From a virus, in the IMG/VR virus record IMGVR_UViG_3300031133_000417, positions 970 through 64,969 of that record: a DNA stretch of 64,000 nucleotides, one strand, 5' to 3'. Made by a program: the position numbers and the translations under genes. Position 1 is the stretch's first letter; each line of letters starts with the position of its first letter. The notes under the pieces were generated by a model. That model searched no databases and was not told where the DNA came from. It saw nothing but the letters and a program-made list of their open reading frames with translations. Shown in pieces: positions 54,828-64,000 of this stretch.

Positions 54828-55295
54828 CTATAACAGCCCTTCATCTCCAAATGAATAGTAGCTGTATCTGCTCAATATCAAATGATCAAATACCTGTAAG
54901 TCTAGTAGCTTACCAGCCTCAACCAGTCTTTGTGTGATTTTCAAGTCCTGTTCACTTGGTACCAAGTTTGAACTCGGATGGTTATGGGCTAGAATGATGG
55001 ATGATCCCGCAAATTTTAGGGCAATTGAAAATATCAGTTTTGGATCGACATAAGTTCCAGCAAATCCTCCGTTTGATATTTCTGTCATCCCTATCACGTT
55101 ATTGGCTCTGTTCAGTATCAGTATACAGAACTGTTCGGTCATTTCAATCTTTCCCAGATCCCAGTTATTAAAAAGTATATCATAAGCCTGTTTTGATGTC
55201 GTTATTTTTGGCCTTTCCGAGGCCCTGAACTTTGGCTGATAACTTACTTTGATTTCCGATACGGTGAACAGTGAATTTTGGCTTTGCGCTTTCAT
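54828..55295 (-). CDS. radC: RadC-like JAB/MPN-domain protein
   Basis: EQF.IL.LNRAN, AHNHPS...PS..D...T, DHLIL motifs. Confidence 0.9.
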   Translation of the reverse strand: MKAQSQNSLFTVSEIKVSYQPKFRASERPKITTSKQAYDILFNNWDLGKIEMTEQFCILILNRANNVIGMTEISNGGFAGTYVDPKLIFSIALKFAGSSIILAHNHPSSNLVPSEQDLKITQRLVEAGKLLDLQVFDHLILSRYSYYSFGDEGLL

Positions 55296-55342
55296 AATCC
55301 TAATTTTTTAAATTGAAAATTTGATTAATTATGCGCGGCAAC

Positions 55343-55451
55343 AGGCAGGGGCTGAGCAAGCAAAAAATGCAGCGGAATAAATGGAAAAGCGGGCAAAGGC
55401 CATGTGAGCGTTTATGCCGAACAATTTTTGCGCCCCGAAAGCCCCCTGCCT
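55343..55451. other. Long-range GC hairpin upstream of radC (leading-region ssDNA-promoter-like)
   Basis: AGGCAGGGGCT ... AGCCCCCTGCCT inverted arms. Confidence 0.45.
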
Positions 55452-55521
55452 AACTTAGTGTAGAATTAATAGAAGAATCTCCTCCCTTGTACAGCTTTTG
55501 ATCATTGCTGCCCCTAAATTA

Positions 55522-55743
55522 TCAGAAGATGATCTTTATCAGTCCCATCAGGATCAGCAGCGTTCCCACTATATTGAAAAGCTTTTCCATCAGTGGCACC
55601 AGCTGCGAGGCGATATAACTTGAAAATACCTGAACCCCAGTAAAATTCCTTCGCGAGAATCTGCGCCTGCCGACAATGAACCTTACCGCTAGCCCAGCAA
55701 AAACGAGCAAAAGCCCATCGGTATCTAGATTTGAAAACATCAT
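55522..55743 (-). CDS. Small two-TM membrane protein
   Basis: LLLVFAGLAVRFIVGRRRF.RR; likely start at 55743. Confidence 0.65.
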   Translation of the reverse strand: MMFSNLDTDGLLLVFAGLAVRFIVGRRRFSRRNFTGVQVFSSYIASQLVPLMEKLFNIVGTLLILMGLIKIIF

Positions 55744-55795
55744 AATTTTTTGGAAATGGGGGATTGCTCCCCCGTGAAAGATCAGTTTGTTGGGT

Positions 55796-56572
55796 TCAGT
55801 TGTAAATGAGATCGAAAAGCTCCCCATCACTCATAAGCAGCTCCAACGGTGTTGCATAATAGCAGATCCGCTCGTCCAAAAGGGTGGCTTCTGGTCTGCC
55901 GTTACCGTTCATGTCCAGCCCCATCGCCACGCTCAATGCCGCGGGGGCAATGACCAGCTGAAAACCTTCCTCGTTCAGATCCGGAATCAACCGGCAATTG
56001 AAGCCTTTGCCAAGAAATTCAATGTTTTCCCAGGTAAACCCGTTATCGTCCTGGGTTTCTGGCACGACCATACTGATATAATCGTCGATTACCTCCCAAG
56101 TGATGCCCACATTACAATCGTGCTTTTCCTTCAGCAGCTCCAGAACCTCTAGCGTTTCGCCTTCCATTAAGATATATCCGTTCTGTTTCGCCCTATCCTC
56201 TATATCTTCCAGCCCCCAAACAATTGAGATCGTATCTTTCTCACTGCGCAGGTGACCCATGATCGCACGTTTGTAAACGTATTTAGTGGACTGGTCAAAG
56301 GCAGCGACCGCAAGATCATGATCACTGCCAAACTCGCTTCTGAACATTTCCGCAACATCGCCATTGAGTTCTTGGCTTGCAATCTTGCAAAGGTCATTGT
56401 TGCGCATGATCTCGTTGCATGAATTGTAATTGGGATAATATTTTTCTACAAAATCCCAAACGCCATCGGCATTTCTGGGATCGGGGGCAAAGATCGCATT
56501 TTCCTGCTCGATCTTATCAATCGCATATTTGTGCAATGAAAACGATCTGGTACTGGTGGCGTCCGTCATCAT
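55796..56572 (-). CDS. Hypothetical acidic protein
   Basis: 258-aa ORF; CNVGITWEVID motif. Confidence 0.7.
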   Translation of the reverse strand: MMTDATSTRSFSLHKYAIDKIEQENAIFAPDPRNADGVWDFVEKYYPNYNSCNEIMRNNDLCKIASQELNGDVAEMFRSEFGSDHDLAVAAFDQSTKYVYKRAIMGHLRSEKDTISIVWGLEDIEDRAKQNGYILMEGETLEVLELLKEKHDCNVGITWEVIDDYISMVVPETQDDNGFTWENIEFLGKGFNCRLIPDLNEEGFQLVIAPAALSVAMGLDMNGNGRPEATLLDERICYYATPLELLMSDGELFDLIYN

Positions 56573-56714
56573 ATCTCCGATAAATTTCTTGATATCGGTC
56601 GTTGACCGTTCTGTATCCCCCCTAACGTTAGGGTGAGATTTACTTTTATTTCCTGTGTCATCATGTTGTGCTATTTTAAAAGCGCTGCCCAGACAGGCAG
56701 CGCTTTGTGATTAT

Positions 56715-57503
56715 CTAATCTTCTGTTTTTTCAATAAGGCTTTCGGCGATATTTTTTGCCGCATGGTAGGCGGTATTTGAAATATGCCTTTGCCAAGCCA
56801 CCTCCGAACGGCACCAGCGGAAACCATTCTGTTTTAACAGATTGATCACCTCCGCCGCTGGCTTGCCATCGAAAAACACCTGCAAACGGTTTGCCTCCCT
56901 GTTCTCAAAAATGCGCACGCTGCCAATGACCCTATCAACTGCGGTACTTACTTCGCGGCGCTTCAGTACCACGATGCGCTGCTCGATCCTTCTCATGTTC
57001 GCATTATTGTTAGTCAGACTGAACGAAGCAAAACCCTGACCGCACCAGCTTCGAACGATCAGCTTTTCCCACATTTCGGGGGTTGCCATATCCAGTTTCA
57101 AAAACCCTTCACGGTCGCCCTTTTTGATCAGCCTGTTTGCCGATTTCATAAACTCCTGTTTGGCTTTCATCCCCGCAAGTTTCCGCTCCAGCTTCGCCAA
57201 AGCATCGGGGTCGTCCGAAAATATCGAATCGTTGCTTTTGATGCTTTCTGCCTTATCCGCATAATAATCCACTTTTTTGTCCGCCTCAATAGATCGGCGC
57301 ATCGTATTATCGATCTTCGCCCTATAATTTCGGTCACTCTTTTCAGAATGGTGACCAACAAGAATAGGTTGCCCCATCGGTATGACACTCGCCATTTCCG
57401 TGCTCCTTAAATAAAGTTTCTCTGATTCCGCTTCATTCCTTAAAGCCATTTTTTCCGCATGCTCAATGCGGTTCTCCCTGCGCTGATGAAAGTTATGTTT
57501 CAT
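56715..57503 (-). CDS. DUF3560-domain protein
   Basis: IPMGQPILVGHHSE..DR, SDDPDA, NNNAN.RR, GFRW motifs. Confidence 0.9.
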   Translation of the reverse strand: MKHNFHQRRENRIEHAEKMALRNEAESEKLYLRSTEMASVIPMGQPILVGHHSEKSDRNYRAKIDNTMRRSIEADKKVDYYADKAESIKSNDSIFSDDPDALAKLERKLAGMKAKQEFMKSANRLIKKGDREGFLKLDMATPEMWEKLIVRSWCGQGFASFSLTNNNANMRRIEQRIVVLKRREVSTAVDRVIGSVRIFENREANRLQVFFDGKPAAEVINLLKQNGFRWCRSEVAWQRHISNTAYHAAKNIAESLIEKTED

Positions 57504-57934
57504 AATAAATAATGCATTAAAAGGCTGCACCACACCATTAAAAAGGTTGAAAAATCTGTTAAATCTTTCCTCGCTGTCCCATCCTCAACAAAGCTTTTTT
57601 TCAAAGAAAAAAGGACAAAAAAGAAAGCAACAGAAGCATGGTTGACCATACCGGAGCGGTATAAGTCCCGAAGGGTGGCGGCAGCCATTATGCCCGCGCA
57701 GGTGCAGGCAAGCATATTGCTTCGCTTTCCTTTTTTGCCCTTTTTCTTAAAAGCTCATTCTCCCTAACCCGTTATTTTAGTGGCCTGGATAAAAAACAGG
57801 GCATACGCCGATCCAATTGCCCCTAGGAAGGGCATCGACCAATGAAATACAGAAAAAAGTAAGCTAAACCCGATTGCAAAGCGAGACTACAGGAAAATAG
57901 CAGCAGAACAGCACCTTTCCAAAAAAAGGAAATA

Positions 57935-58315
57935 CTACACCGCAGAAAAAAACGCACCACTGGACACCCTGACCTTCTTGACCGGACCTACATTCAGGAT
58001 CGGGTACATCCGTTTGCCCAGCTCCATCGCCGCCATGATCGAACAGGGTTTTGCCACGCCCATACCGTCAAAGGCGCACAGTGATTTCAGGTCAAGTTCC
58101 TGCAACTTCAAAAGATTACCACCTACCTTTTCCAAGATCCTTCCAGCTAGATCAACCGCCTTCTCGTTTGGCGTACCCGAACCGATCAGCATCGCCAAAA
58201 GCTCCGCATCAGCCATCAAAGGAGCGCCCATCTCCAGCATCTTTTCGCGCGGACGAAGCTCGGGCTCCCAGAACTTGACGCCATTGACCTTCAACTCCTG
58301 CTTTTTATGGTACAT
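57935..58315 (-). CDS. Stand-alone RadC N-terminal (UPF0758 HhH) domain protein
   Basis: RPREKM...G...ADAELLA.LIGSG, GMG.AK..SI.AAMELG; no JAB domain. Confidence 0.8.
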   Translation of the reverse strand: MYHKKQELKVNGVKFWEPELRPREKMLEMGAPLMADAELLAMLIGSGTPNEKAVDLAGRILEKVGGNLLKLQELDLKSLCAFDGMGVAKPCSIMAAMELGKRMYPILNVGPVKKVRVSSGAFFSAV

Positions 58316-58457
58316 ATCCTGTACCGTCTCACAGGACTCGTTCCGATAGGCCACACTTAAACTGGACAGCGTATGTGAGTCTAGCCCAGACAATAAATCT
58401 GTAGATTTGACAAAGTGGATTATAAACACCAAATTAGCTCTGAATTAACGTATTACT

Positions 58458-59435
58458 ATGTCACTAAATACAGCTCCGAACTCAAACACCCACACGATTA
58501 AGTTTTATTTACATACACTAAACTTCACTCCGTTTGCCGGGATTCAGGATAATTCTAATGACATTTTGATCAAACTGATCACCTTCCTGAACAAGGAACG
58601 CTTGGATAACAAAGCTTACCTTGTAGACAAAAACAAAAACCGTCAGGACAATGACAAACGAGAGCTTTTTATGAACGTTACCTACAGGATCCCCAAGACA
58701 AAAAAGATCCGATGTTCAATCGCATTGCTCAGAGCTGGAAAAAACCTGATGGTTAAACCATTGGACACCTACGAACTGGTACCTTTTAACAAAGCATCTG
58801 GATCTATAGCGGAGGTGACAAATTTTTTTATAGACTATAGCCGCAGCCCTGCGGTGATGTGCGTAGAATACAACCATAACGGGCCTAGGCTTTCAGATAT
58901 AGAATATTATTTCCGAAACCTTGCCCATGACGTACTTAGACTAGCAAAGGCTACAACAACCACAACCTTTATGGATGTGCCAATTGATAAGACGATTGCG
59001 GAACTTCATAACGTACTTAATTTTGAGATTAAGCTAAAACCACAGAACATCACCCAAATGGATGATGATATCAAGGGCTACATCACTGAATTTGCCAATC
59101 TGGGACAAAAACTGAAGCCAAACTTTATCAGGATTGAAGCCATGTTCCAAACTCCTGGTTCAAAAGTTAAAAGTACTGAACTGAACAAAGGCGCCATCAC
59201 AATGATGACCGCTTTGCTAGATAAGTTCCGAAAGAAGCCTTACCACATTGACCATTTTGAAGAATTTGAGTTGAAATACATTAACAAGGAAGGTGAAGAT
59301 GCTACTTTCAATTTGATGAAGGGCAAAAAAGAGATATCCGTGGAAATCGAGCCAGATGCCCACCTTACTTCTAAGGAGTGGTTTGAAAAAATTGAAAGTG
59401 ACTTTGATGAGTTTATGAAAAGATTTGAATCATGA
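58458..59435 (+). CDS. Soluble 325-aa protein, KwaB/DUF4747-like (putative defence)
   Basis: VEYNHNGPRLS.IE.YF pattern; coupled to a TM gene. Confidence 0.6.
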   Translation: MSLNTAPNSNTHTIKFYLHTLNFTPFAGIQDNSNDILIKLITFLNKERLDNKAYLVDKNKNRQDNDKRELFMNVTYRIPKTKKIRCSIALLRAGKNLMVKPLDTYELVPFNKASGSIAEVTNFFIDYSRSPAVMCVEYNHNGPRLSDIEYYFRNLAHDVLRLAKATTTTTFMDVPIDKTIAELHNVLNFEIKLKPQNITQMDDDIKGYITEFANLGQKLKPNFIRIEAMFQTPGSKVKSTELNKGAITMMTALLDKFRKKPYHIDHFEEFELKYINKEGEDATFNLMKGKKEISVEIEPDAHLTSKEWFEKIESDFDEFMKRFES

Positions 59436-59926
59436 TAGACTTTTATTTCAGGCGACCCTTGTTGTACGACTATCTTTTCTGTTGTATGGTAGCTTGTATA
59501 CTTTACATACTGCATACACGCAATCTAATTATCCTGCCTAAAGCGGAAATGAGTGTCTCCACCACAACGGATTTAGCAACGATTGCGCTGACTTTAGCGG
59601 GATTTGTGCTTACATTACTTACCGTCCTAATCACTTTTAAAACAGGAGCCAGGATTCCTAATAGCGGAGGAAATGAAGACGTACCATTATTTGACCTCTT
59701 TTTTTCGACCGGGTTATATTATCGGACGACTACATTGCTGAAAGGGTGTATAAAGTCACTGATATTTGTTGCGATACTTGGGTTTACACTAAAGCTATTC
59801 CTAACTGGTGGAGTTACAAAATATCTGTTTTTCGCAAATGTTATTGGATTGATCATTATCGCAACTACCCTTTGGAGAAGCCTATTGATACTGACTAATA
59901 TTATAAAGCTACAGAAGCAGGGCTAG
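59432..59926 (+). CDS. Four-TM membrane protein (putative defence partner)
   Basis: About 4 hydrophobic segments; ATGA overlap with the upstream gene. Confidence 0.7.
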   Translation: MIDFYFRRPLLYDYLFCCMVACILYILHTRNLIILPKAEMSVSTTTDLATIALTLAGFVLTLLTVLITFKTGARIPNSGGNEDVPLFDLFFSTGLYYRTTTLLKGCIKSLIFVAILGFTLKLFLTGGVTKYLFFANVIGLIIIATTLWRSLLILTNIIKLQKQG

Positions 59927-60064
59927 CCATTTTAAATTAATAATCCCTAAAAAACTATTCATTCTTTCTTCAGAAATAGGATTTTCTTGAAAAAACAAAA
60001 TAGCAATATTGGATTTCGGAATAGAAATAAGCATCTGTAGACTTCAAAAACAGTAGGCTCTACG

Positions 60065-61066
60065 TTAAAATTTCAGCACATATAAAGTGTCAAATTCCTG
60101 ATACTCCTGATTTAGAATATCCAGTCTTTTTTTAGCTAACTCAAATGTCGGCCGAACAAGGCTGGGATCCCCTCCGTTGTGGACCCCAAGGTCATCCGAT
60201 ACCAGAAAATTTCCCTTAGTAATATAAAAATAAGGATTCATATTCTTTCTAACGGCTTTCACAAACTCATTCACCCTAACGGTATACATGCAAAGAAAAG
60301 CAAACCCTCTTCGGCCCCATAAATTATGTCTGGCTACATAATAATCATAATTTAGGTTAGGAAATATTTTTTTGTAAGATGTGTCCGCGGCAAAAAAGTC
60401 ACTCCCTCCTTCCCTTATGGCAGAAAATTCCAAAAAACACTCAACAAAAGCAATATAGGAATTGATCAAATTTGTAATTGCGTTCTCTATTTCCAGGTTC
60501 TTCCCAGGTAGGTCAATTTCCAGTGACTTATGTTGCATCCTGTCAAAGGTATCAATGTAATATCCATGGAGTATGTTTCGTGAGGCATTAGCGATAAAGA
60601 GTTCCCATTCGTCAAGTTTGAGATTAGTGGAGAGAAAATCAATCAAAGATGTGTAAAGTATATCTGTGGCGGTTAGTTTTTTCGCGGAAAGTGATTCCTG
60701 AACCCACTGTTCGTGCTTGGTCTTAATGCGGTGGAGGATTTCGATTGGATATTTTTTTTCATCCCCATCAATCTGGGTGTGGTGGTTAGCACACAAAAGA
60801 ATCAGGTTATGGTATTCTGCACGATCCTTAGCAGTCATTGGGCTTATCCCCCTTGTCGCCTTCGTTTTCTCACCTACAATATGGCACATTTCACCGTATG
60901 TTAACATGCCTTCCTCAATTTTTTCGAGGGTAAGTTCCAGTCTGCACTCTTCTAATGAACATCTTCCTGCGGCACGTGCCCAAAGTATTTTGGCATTTTT
61001 CTGGGAGATAACGAAAATTTTCTCCTCAGTTTCTTCCATTAATTCTTTCTCTACCTTCTTTGTCAT
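60065..61066 (-). CDS. HNH endonuclease-domain protein with unknown C-terminal domain
   Basis: LWARAAGRCS..C, CHIVG, NLILLC.NHH..ID motifs. Confidence 0.85.
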   Translation of the reverse strand: MTKKVEKELMEETEEKIFVISQKNAKILWARAAGRCSLEECRLELTLEKIEEGMLTYGEMCHIVGEKTKATRGISPMTAKDRAEYHNLILLCANHHTQIDGDEKKYPIEILHRIKTKHEQWVQESLSAKKLTATDILYTSLIDFLSTNLKLDEWELFIANASRNILHGYYIDTFDRMQHKSLEIDLPGKNLEIENAITNLINSYIAFVECFLEFSAIREGGSDFFAADTSYKKIFPNLNYDYYVARHNLWGRRGFAFLCMYTVRVNEFVKAVRKNMNPYFYITKGNFLVSDDLGVHNGGDPSLVRPTFELAKKRLDILNQEYQEFDTLYVLKF

Positions 61067-61108
61067 TCGCGGCTCATTTAATAAAATTGATTGGGCATTT
61101 GGAGTGGA

Positions 61109-62230
61109 TCAAATGTTTCTTAAACCTAATATGTAGTCAAACTTCGAATGATTTTCGTCACTTTCTACATAATGAAAAAAAGCCGGGTTCAGCTTTTCAC
61201 TCTTTAACACCAGTTTTAGATATAGGTCAAGGTTCTTTCCCTGAACTGGGGTAAATTTACCAAATTCCTCCTTAATCATATCCTTACTGTTCAGATTTAT
61301 AAACTTACTCATTTTTCCAACAAACCCTACAATCACATCACATGCCTGCACTAAAATATCATTCTTAGAGTCGAGAAAGGAATAATTGTTCAACACCTTA
61401 TCTTCGACAATAAATCTTAGCTTAGCCATATCTGCCTTGATTTCCTCCTCATTGTCAAACAAGTGACCTGAAGTCGAAAACAAATAAACTGGACGATGAT
61501 AGAAACTTGTTAGCGCTGCAATAAGAACGTGGCTTGTGTCATCCATGATGAACGGAAGCCTGCCTGCTGAAGAAGCATTGATAAGTTCTTTTTTAAGGAT
61601 AAGCAAGGGCATTCCAAATTCTCTATCGGATTCATAAGGCTGAAAGATCGCCAGCAGCTCTGCCACAAAATTCACAAGTTCTTCTTTTTGTAGATTGGGA
61701 TATTTATACTTGTAAAACAAGGCTGTGATTTTATCTATCTCTTTCCGCGAGATTTCATAAAGTGCATTCTTTAAAAACCTGTTTAGACCCATATCATATT
61801 GAAGACTGCCATTTTCACTAAATGAAGAATCGACAATATCTACCAGCGAATAATAGAGAATATTAAGTGAGGAAAAATGCAGATAAAGATCGGTTTTGAG
61901 GATGTTCTCCAGAAATGTCGTAAGTTTTCTGGATTTGAGCACATCAAGAAATCCTCCGTTTGCTATATGCGCAAATTTTACCTCTTTTATGTTCGCTTGA
62001 AGTCTAACATTATCAAAAATACGGGCTGTATCAGGCCTGGAGCCCTTATATGCAAAACCACCTAGAACAAAATTAGAGTTGAAATCATTATTAAAGTTTC
62101 CCTCAATCATTTGGAACTTGCGGATATTGTTGGTTTCATCGTAAACAAAGGTGAAACCAGTATTAAAATCCGCATGTGGAAAAAGCTGCCTTGTAAACCT
62201 GGCAGCGGTAGTCATATCAATATCTTGCAT
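61109..62230 (-). CDS. DUF3800-family (RNase H-like) protein
   Basis: FVYDETNN, FVLGG, DSK..ILVQACDV motifs. Confidence 0.75.
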   Translation of the reverse strand: MQDIDMTTAARFTRQLFPHADFNTGFTFVYDETNNIRKFQMIEGNFNNDFNSNFVLGGFAYKGSRPDTARIFDNVRLQANIKEVKFAHIANGGFLDVLKSRKLTTFLENILKTDLYLHFSSLNILYYSLVDIVDSSFSENGSLQYDMGLNRFLKNALYEISRKEIDKITALFYKYKYPNLQKEELVNFVAELLAIFQPYESDREFGMPLLILKKELINASSAGRLPFIMDDTSHVLIAALTSFYHRPVYLFSTSGHLFDNEEEIKADMAKLRFIVEDKVLNNYSFLDSKNDILVQACDVIVGFVGKMSKFINLNSKDMIKEEFGKFTPVQGKNLDLYLKLVLKSEKLNPAFFHYVESDENHSKFDYILGLRNI

Positions 62231-62396
62231 TTTTAGGTTTTTTAATGGGATAAAACAAGAAATACTCGTAAAATACTCACTAAGTTACATTATTTTCATT
62301 TTAAGGACTTTCCCGAAATGGTTCAATTAAAAGATCCAAATATCAACATCAAACTTTAATTCTATGGTGCAAACACTTTTGGACTAAAACGACCTT

Positions 62397-62876
62397 CTAA
62401 TTTTTATAGGATAGTAAACGGATCAGATGTTCCTCAAAAGAATCATCAATTATTGCTGGATTGCTTTTCAGTGCCCTTTTGATAGCATTTTCCACTCCTA
62501 ATTCAGCAAATAAAATTAATAACAGCTGTGCCCTTCGCGGTGCTGCAGACCATTTCTTGGTTATTTTTCCGTCAAGATTTGCCAATATTATACCCTTGCA
62601 TACACTTAGGCATTCTAGTGGAGTCAAAAGCCTAACCGTTCTCATTTCAATTTCTACCGAAAACTCTGGGTCTCTAAGCAGTTTTTCAGGAAGATATTTG
62701 CCTAGATTAGAAATACCCAGATTGTACCTGGACGCATTTGATATATTACCATCAGTGAGATATCGATAGAAAGCGGATTGTCCTACAGCAAAGCTATCAT
62801 TATCCAATTTGAATACTGTGATATTGGCACCATCGGCCGTTAAGTTTCCCCTTAAAATGTGTTTCACAGTTATCAT
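62397..62876 (-). CDS. P63C-associated/anti-repressor-like protein (N-terminal part)
   Basis: ...CLSVCKG...A...G.I...AQLLLILFAELGV..AI pattern. Confidence 0.5.
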   Translation of the reverse strand: MITVKHILRGNLTADGANITVFKLDNDSFAVGQSAFYRYLTDGNISNASRYNLGISNLGKYLPEKLLRDPEFSVEIEMRTVRLLTPLECLSVCKGIILANLDGKITKKWSAAPRRAQLLLILFAELGVENAIKRALKSNPAIIDDSFEEHLIRLLSYKN

Positions 62877-63352
62877 TTTTCCTTTCTCTCAAATGAACCA
62901 GTTGCCAGTGTTATTTTTTTTAACATCCCCCACACGGTCTTCTGGTTCATGCCCAGTTGGCTTGCCATTTCAGAGCTGTTCATTTCTGGATACTGCCAAT
63001 TGAGCCAAATCACCTGGAACCATTTGACAAGGTCTATCTTGCTTTTCGAAAAAATCGTCCCGGTTAGTGCAGAAAAGCTACGCCCCGTGTCCATGCAGAC
63101 ATAAGTATCGTAAAACCCGATGTGTTTCACATTTTTCGATCCGGTATATGGAGAAAGCAACCCGTTTTTCCAACGAAGGGACTCAATGTATTGTTGGCAC
63201 TCATAACTATCACGGAAATGTTTTTCTATCTCCGCCGGGCTCTTGAAACTTTTAATCACGGGAACAATATCTACTAAATTTTCATAAAATACAAATGATC
63301 TAGTCGATGTCGTTACCCTGTCCTTTGGCTGTCGTTTATCGATAGCGATCAT
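62873..63352 (-). CDS. IS1595-transposase-derived zinc-ribbon/HTH protein lacking DDE
   Basis: F.D..EC..YIE.LRW.NG, FS..TGTIF..SK..L.KWF..I, S..MA..LG..QKT.W.ML; Cys ligands partly lost. Confidence 0.75.
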   Translation of the reverse strand: MIAIDKRQPKDRVTTSTRSFVFYENLVDIVPVIKSFKSPAEIEKHFRDSYECQQYIESLRWKNGLLSPYTGSKNVKHIGFYDTYVCMDTGRSFSALTGTIFSKSKIDLVKWFQVIWLNWQYPEMNSSEMASQLGMNQKTVWGMLKKITLATGSFERKEK

Positions 63353-63384
63353 TGTCCAATATTTATCAACACAAAAATTCACTA

Positions 63385-63573
63385 ATGAAAACAGAGAAAA
63401 TAATTGCGGCCTGGACAAGCATTGTCCTTATGTTTATTGGCGGTCTTCCACAGATCAGCCATCAGGGAACTAAGATTGGGATCATCTGCGCGATGGCATT
63501 ATTTACGATATTCCTATTTGGCTGGTCGATCCTCAAAAGAAAGAATTCTGATGATAACACCGGATCTGAATAA
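63385..63573 (+). CDS. Small two-TM protein
   Basis: Two hydrophobic segments. Confidence 0.5.
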   Translation: MKTEKIIAAWTSIVLMFIGGLPQISHQGTKIGIICAMALFTIFLFGWSILKRKNSDDNTGSE

Positions 63574-63632
63574 TAAGCACAACCGGGACTGAACACAGAT
63601 TTCGAAATAGGTTATATTTGAACAATTAGATT

Positions 63633-64000
63633 ATGAAAGTACAAAAGGATGTCATTCCAGATTTCAGAAATGGCGTTAGCCACGACCCCCACCTTGTAAT
63701 CCTGGGTGCAGGTGCCAGCTGCGCTGCATTTCCAAAGGGCGATAAAAACGGACGAAAACTTCCTGTGATGCGGAGCCTTGCAAAAGTTCTTGGCCTGACT
63801 GAAATGCTCAGTCCAAAATATAGCCATCTGTTGGAAGATTTTGAACTTTTGTACAGCACGTTATATCATAATGACGAAGACTCCAAATTGCGCAAAGCGG
63901 TGGATGATGCAGTGCATGGTTATTTTCTTGACCTTAAAGTTTCAGAAAAGCCCAACCTTTATGACTACCTGATCATGTCCCTACGCGAAAAGGATATTAT
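63633..64000 (+). CDS. SIR2-like domain protein (3' truncated by window; absent from the ORF track)
   Basis: MKVQKD...HLVILGAGASCAAFP...KLPVM...YDYLIMSLREKDI; open to the window end. Confidence 0.75.
   Translation, partial: MKVQKDVIPDFRNGVSHDPHLVILGAGASCAAFPKGDKNGRKLPVMRSLAKVLGLTEMLSPKYSHLLEDFELLYSTLYHNDEDSKLRKAVDDAVHGYFLDLKVSEKPNLYDYLIMSLREKDI

Larger units (their letters stand above)
53760..64000. mobile_element. Second integrated element / genomic island with defence-like cargo (right end outside the window)
   Basis: RadC-like, DUF3560, leading-region hairpins, HNH, DUF3800, SIR2-like and IS1595-derived genes. Confidence 0.7.

Overview
Positions 1 to about 53,767 hold most of a temperate siphovirus-like prophage. 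The host looks like Bacteroidota, possibly Sphingobacteriaceae; this is inferred from gene families, TAnnTTTG/A-type promoters and A-rich translation starts. From left to right the prophage carries: the integrase C-terminus, a lysis cassette, tail fibre/spike genes, the tape measure gene, an 8.4-kb accessory block that splits the tail operon (small genes, three candidate sRNAs, three tRNAs, structured non-coding RNA), tail, head and packaging genes, two defence-like morons (a Panacea TA pair, and a three-gene operon next to a KAP NTPase), a methyltransferase, replication and recombination genes, and the CI switch. After a probable att junction at about 53,760, a second integrated element begins. 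It has leading-region genes (RadC-like, DUF3560) and a defence-island-like cluster (pseudo-Fic, Kiwa-like pair, HNH, DUF3800, IS1595-derived gene, SIR2-like) that runs off the window. The strongest unexplained signals are: (i) three paralogous promoter-sRNA-terminator units at 17.64-18.31 kb with exactly conserved spacing; (ii) a three-gene chaperone/antitoxin/ART-like operon at 35.8-37.2 kb; (iii) two families of dispersed palindromic DNA sites upstream of phage operons; (iv) a 115-nt leader hairpin masking the methyltransferase start region; (v) structured RNAs in the tRNA cluster. All protein family calls come from recognising motifs by eye; no database searches were run.
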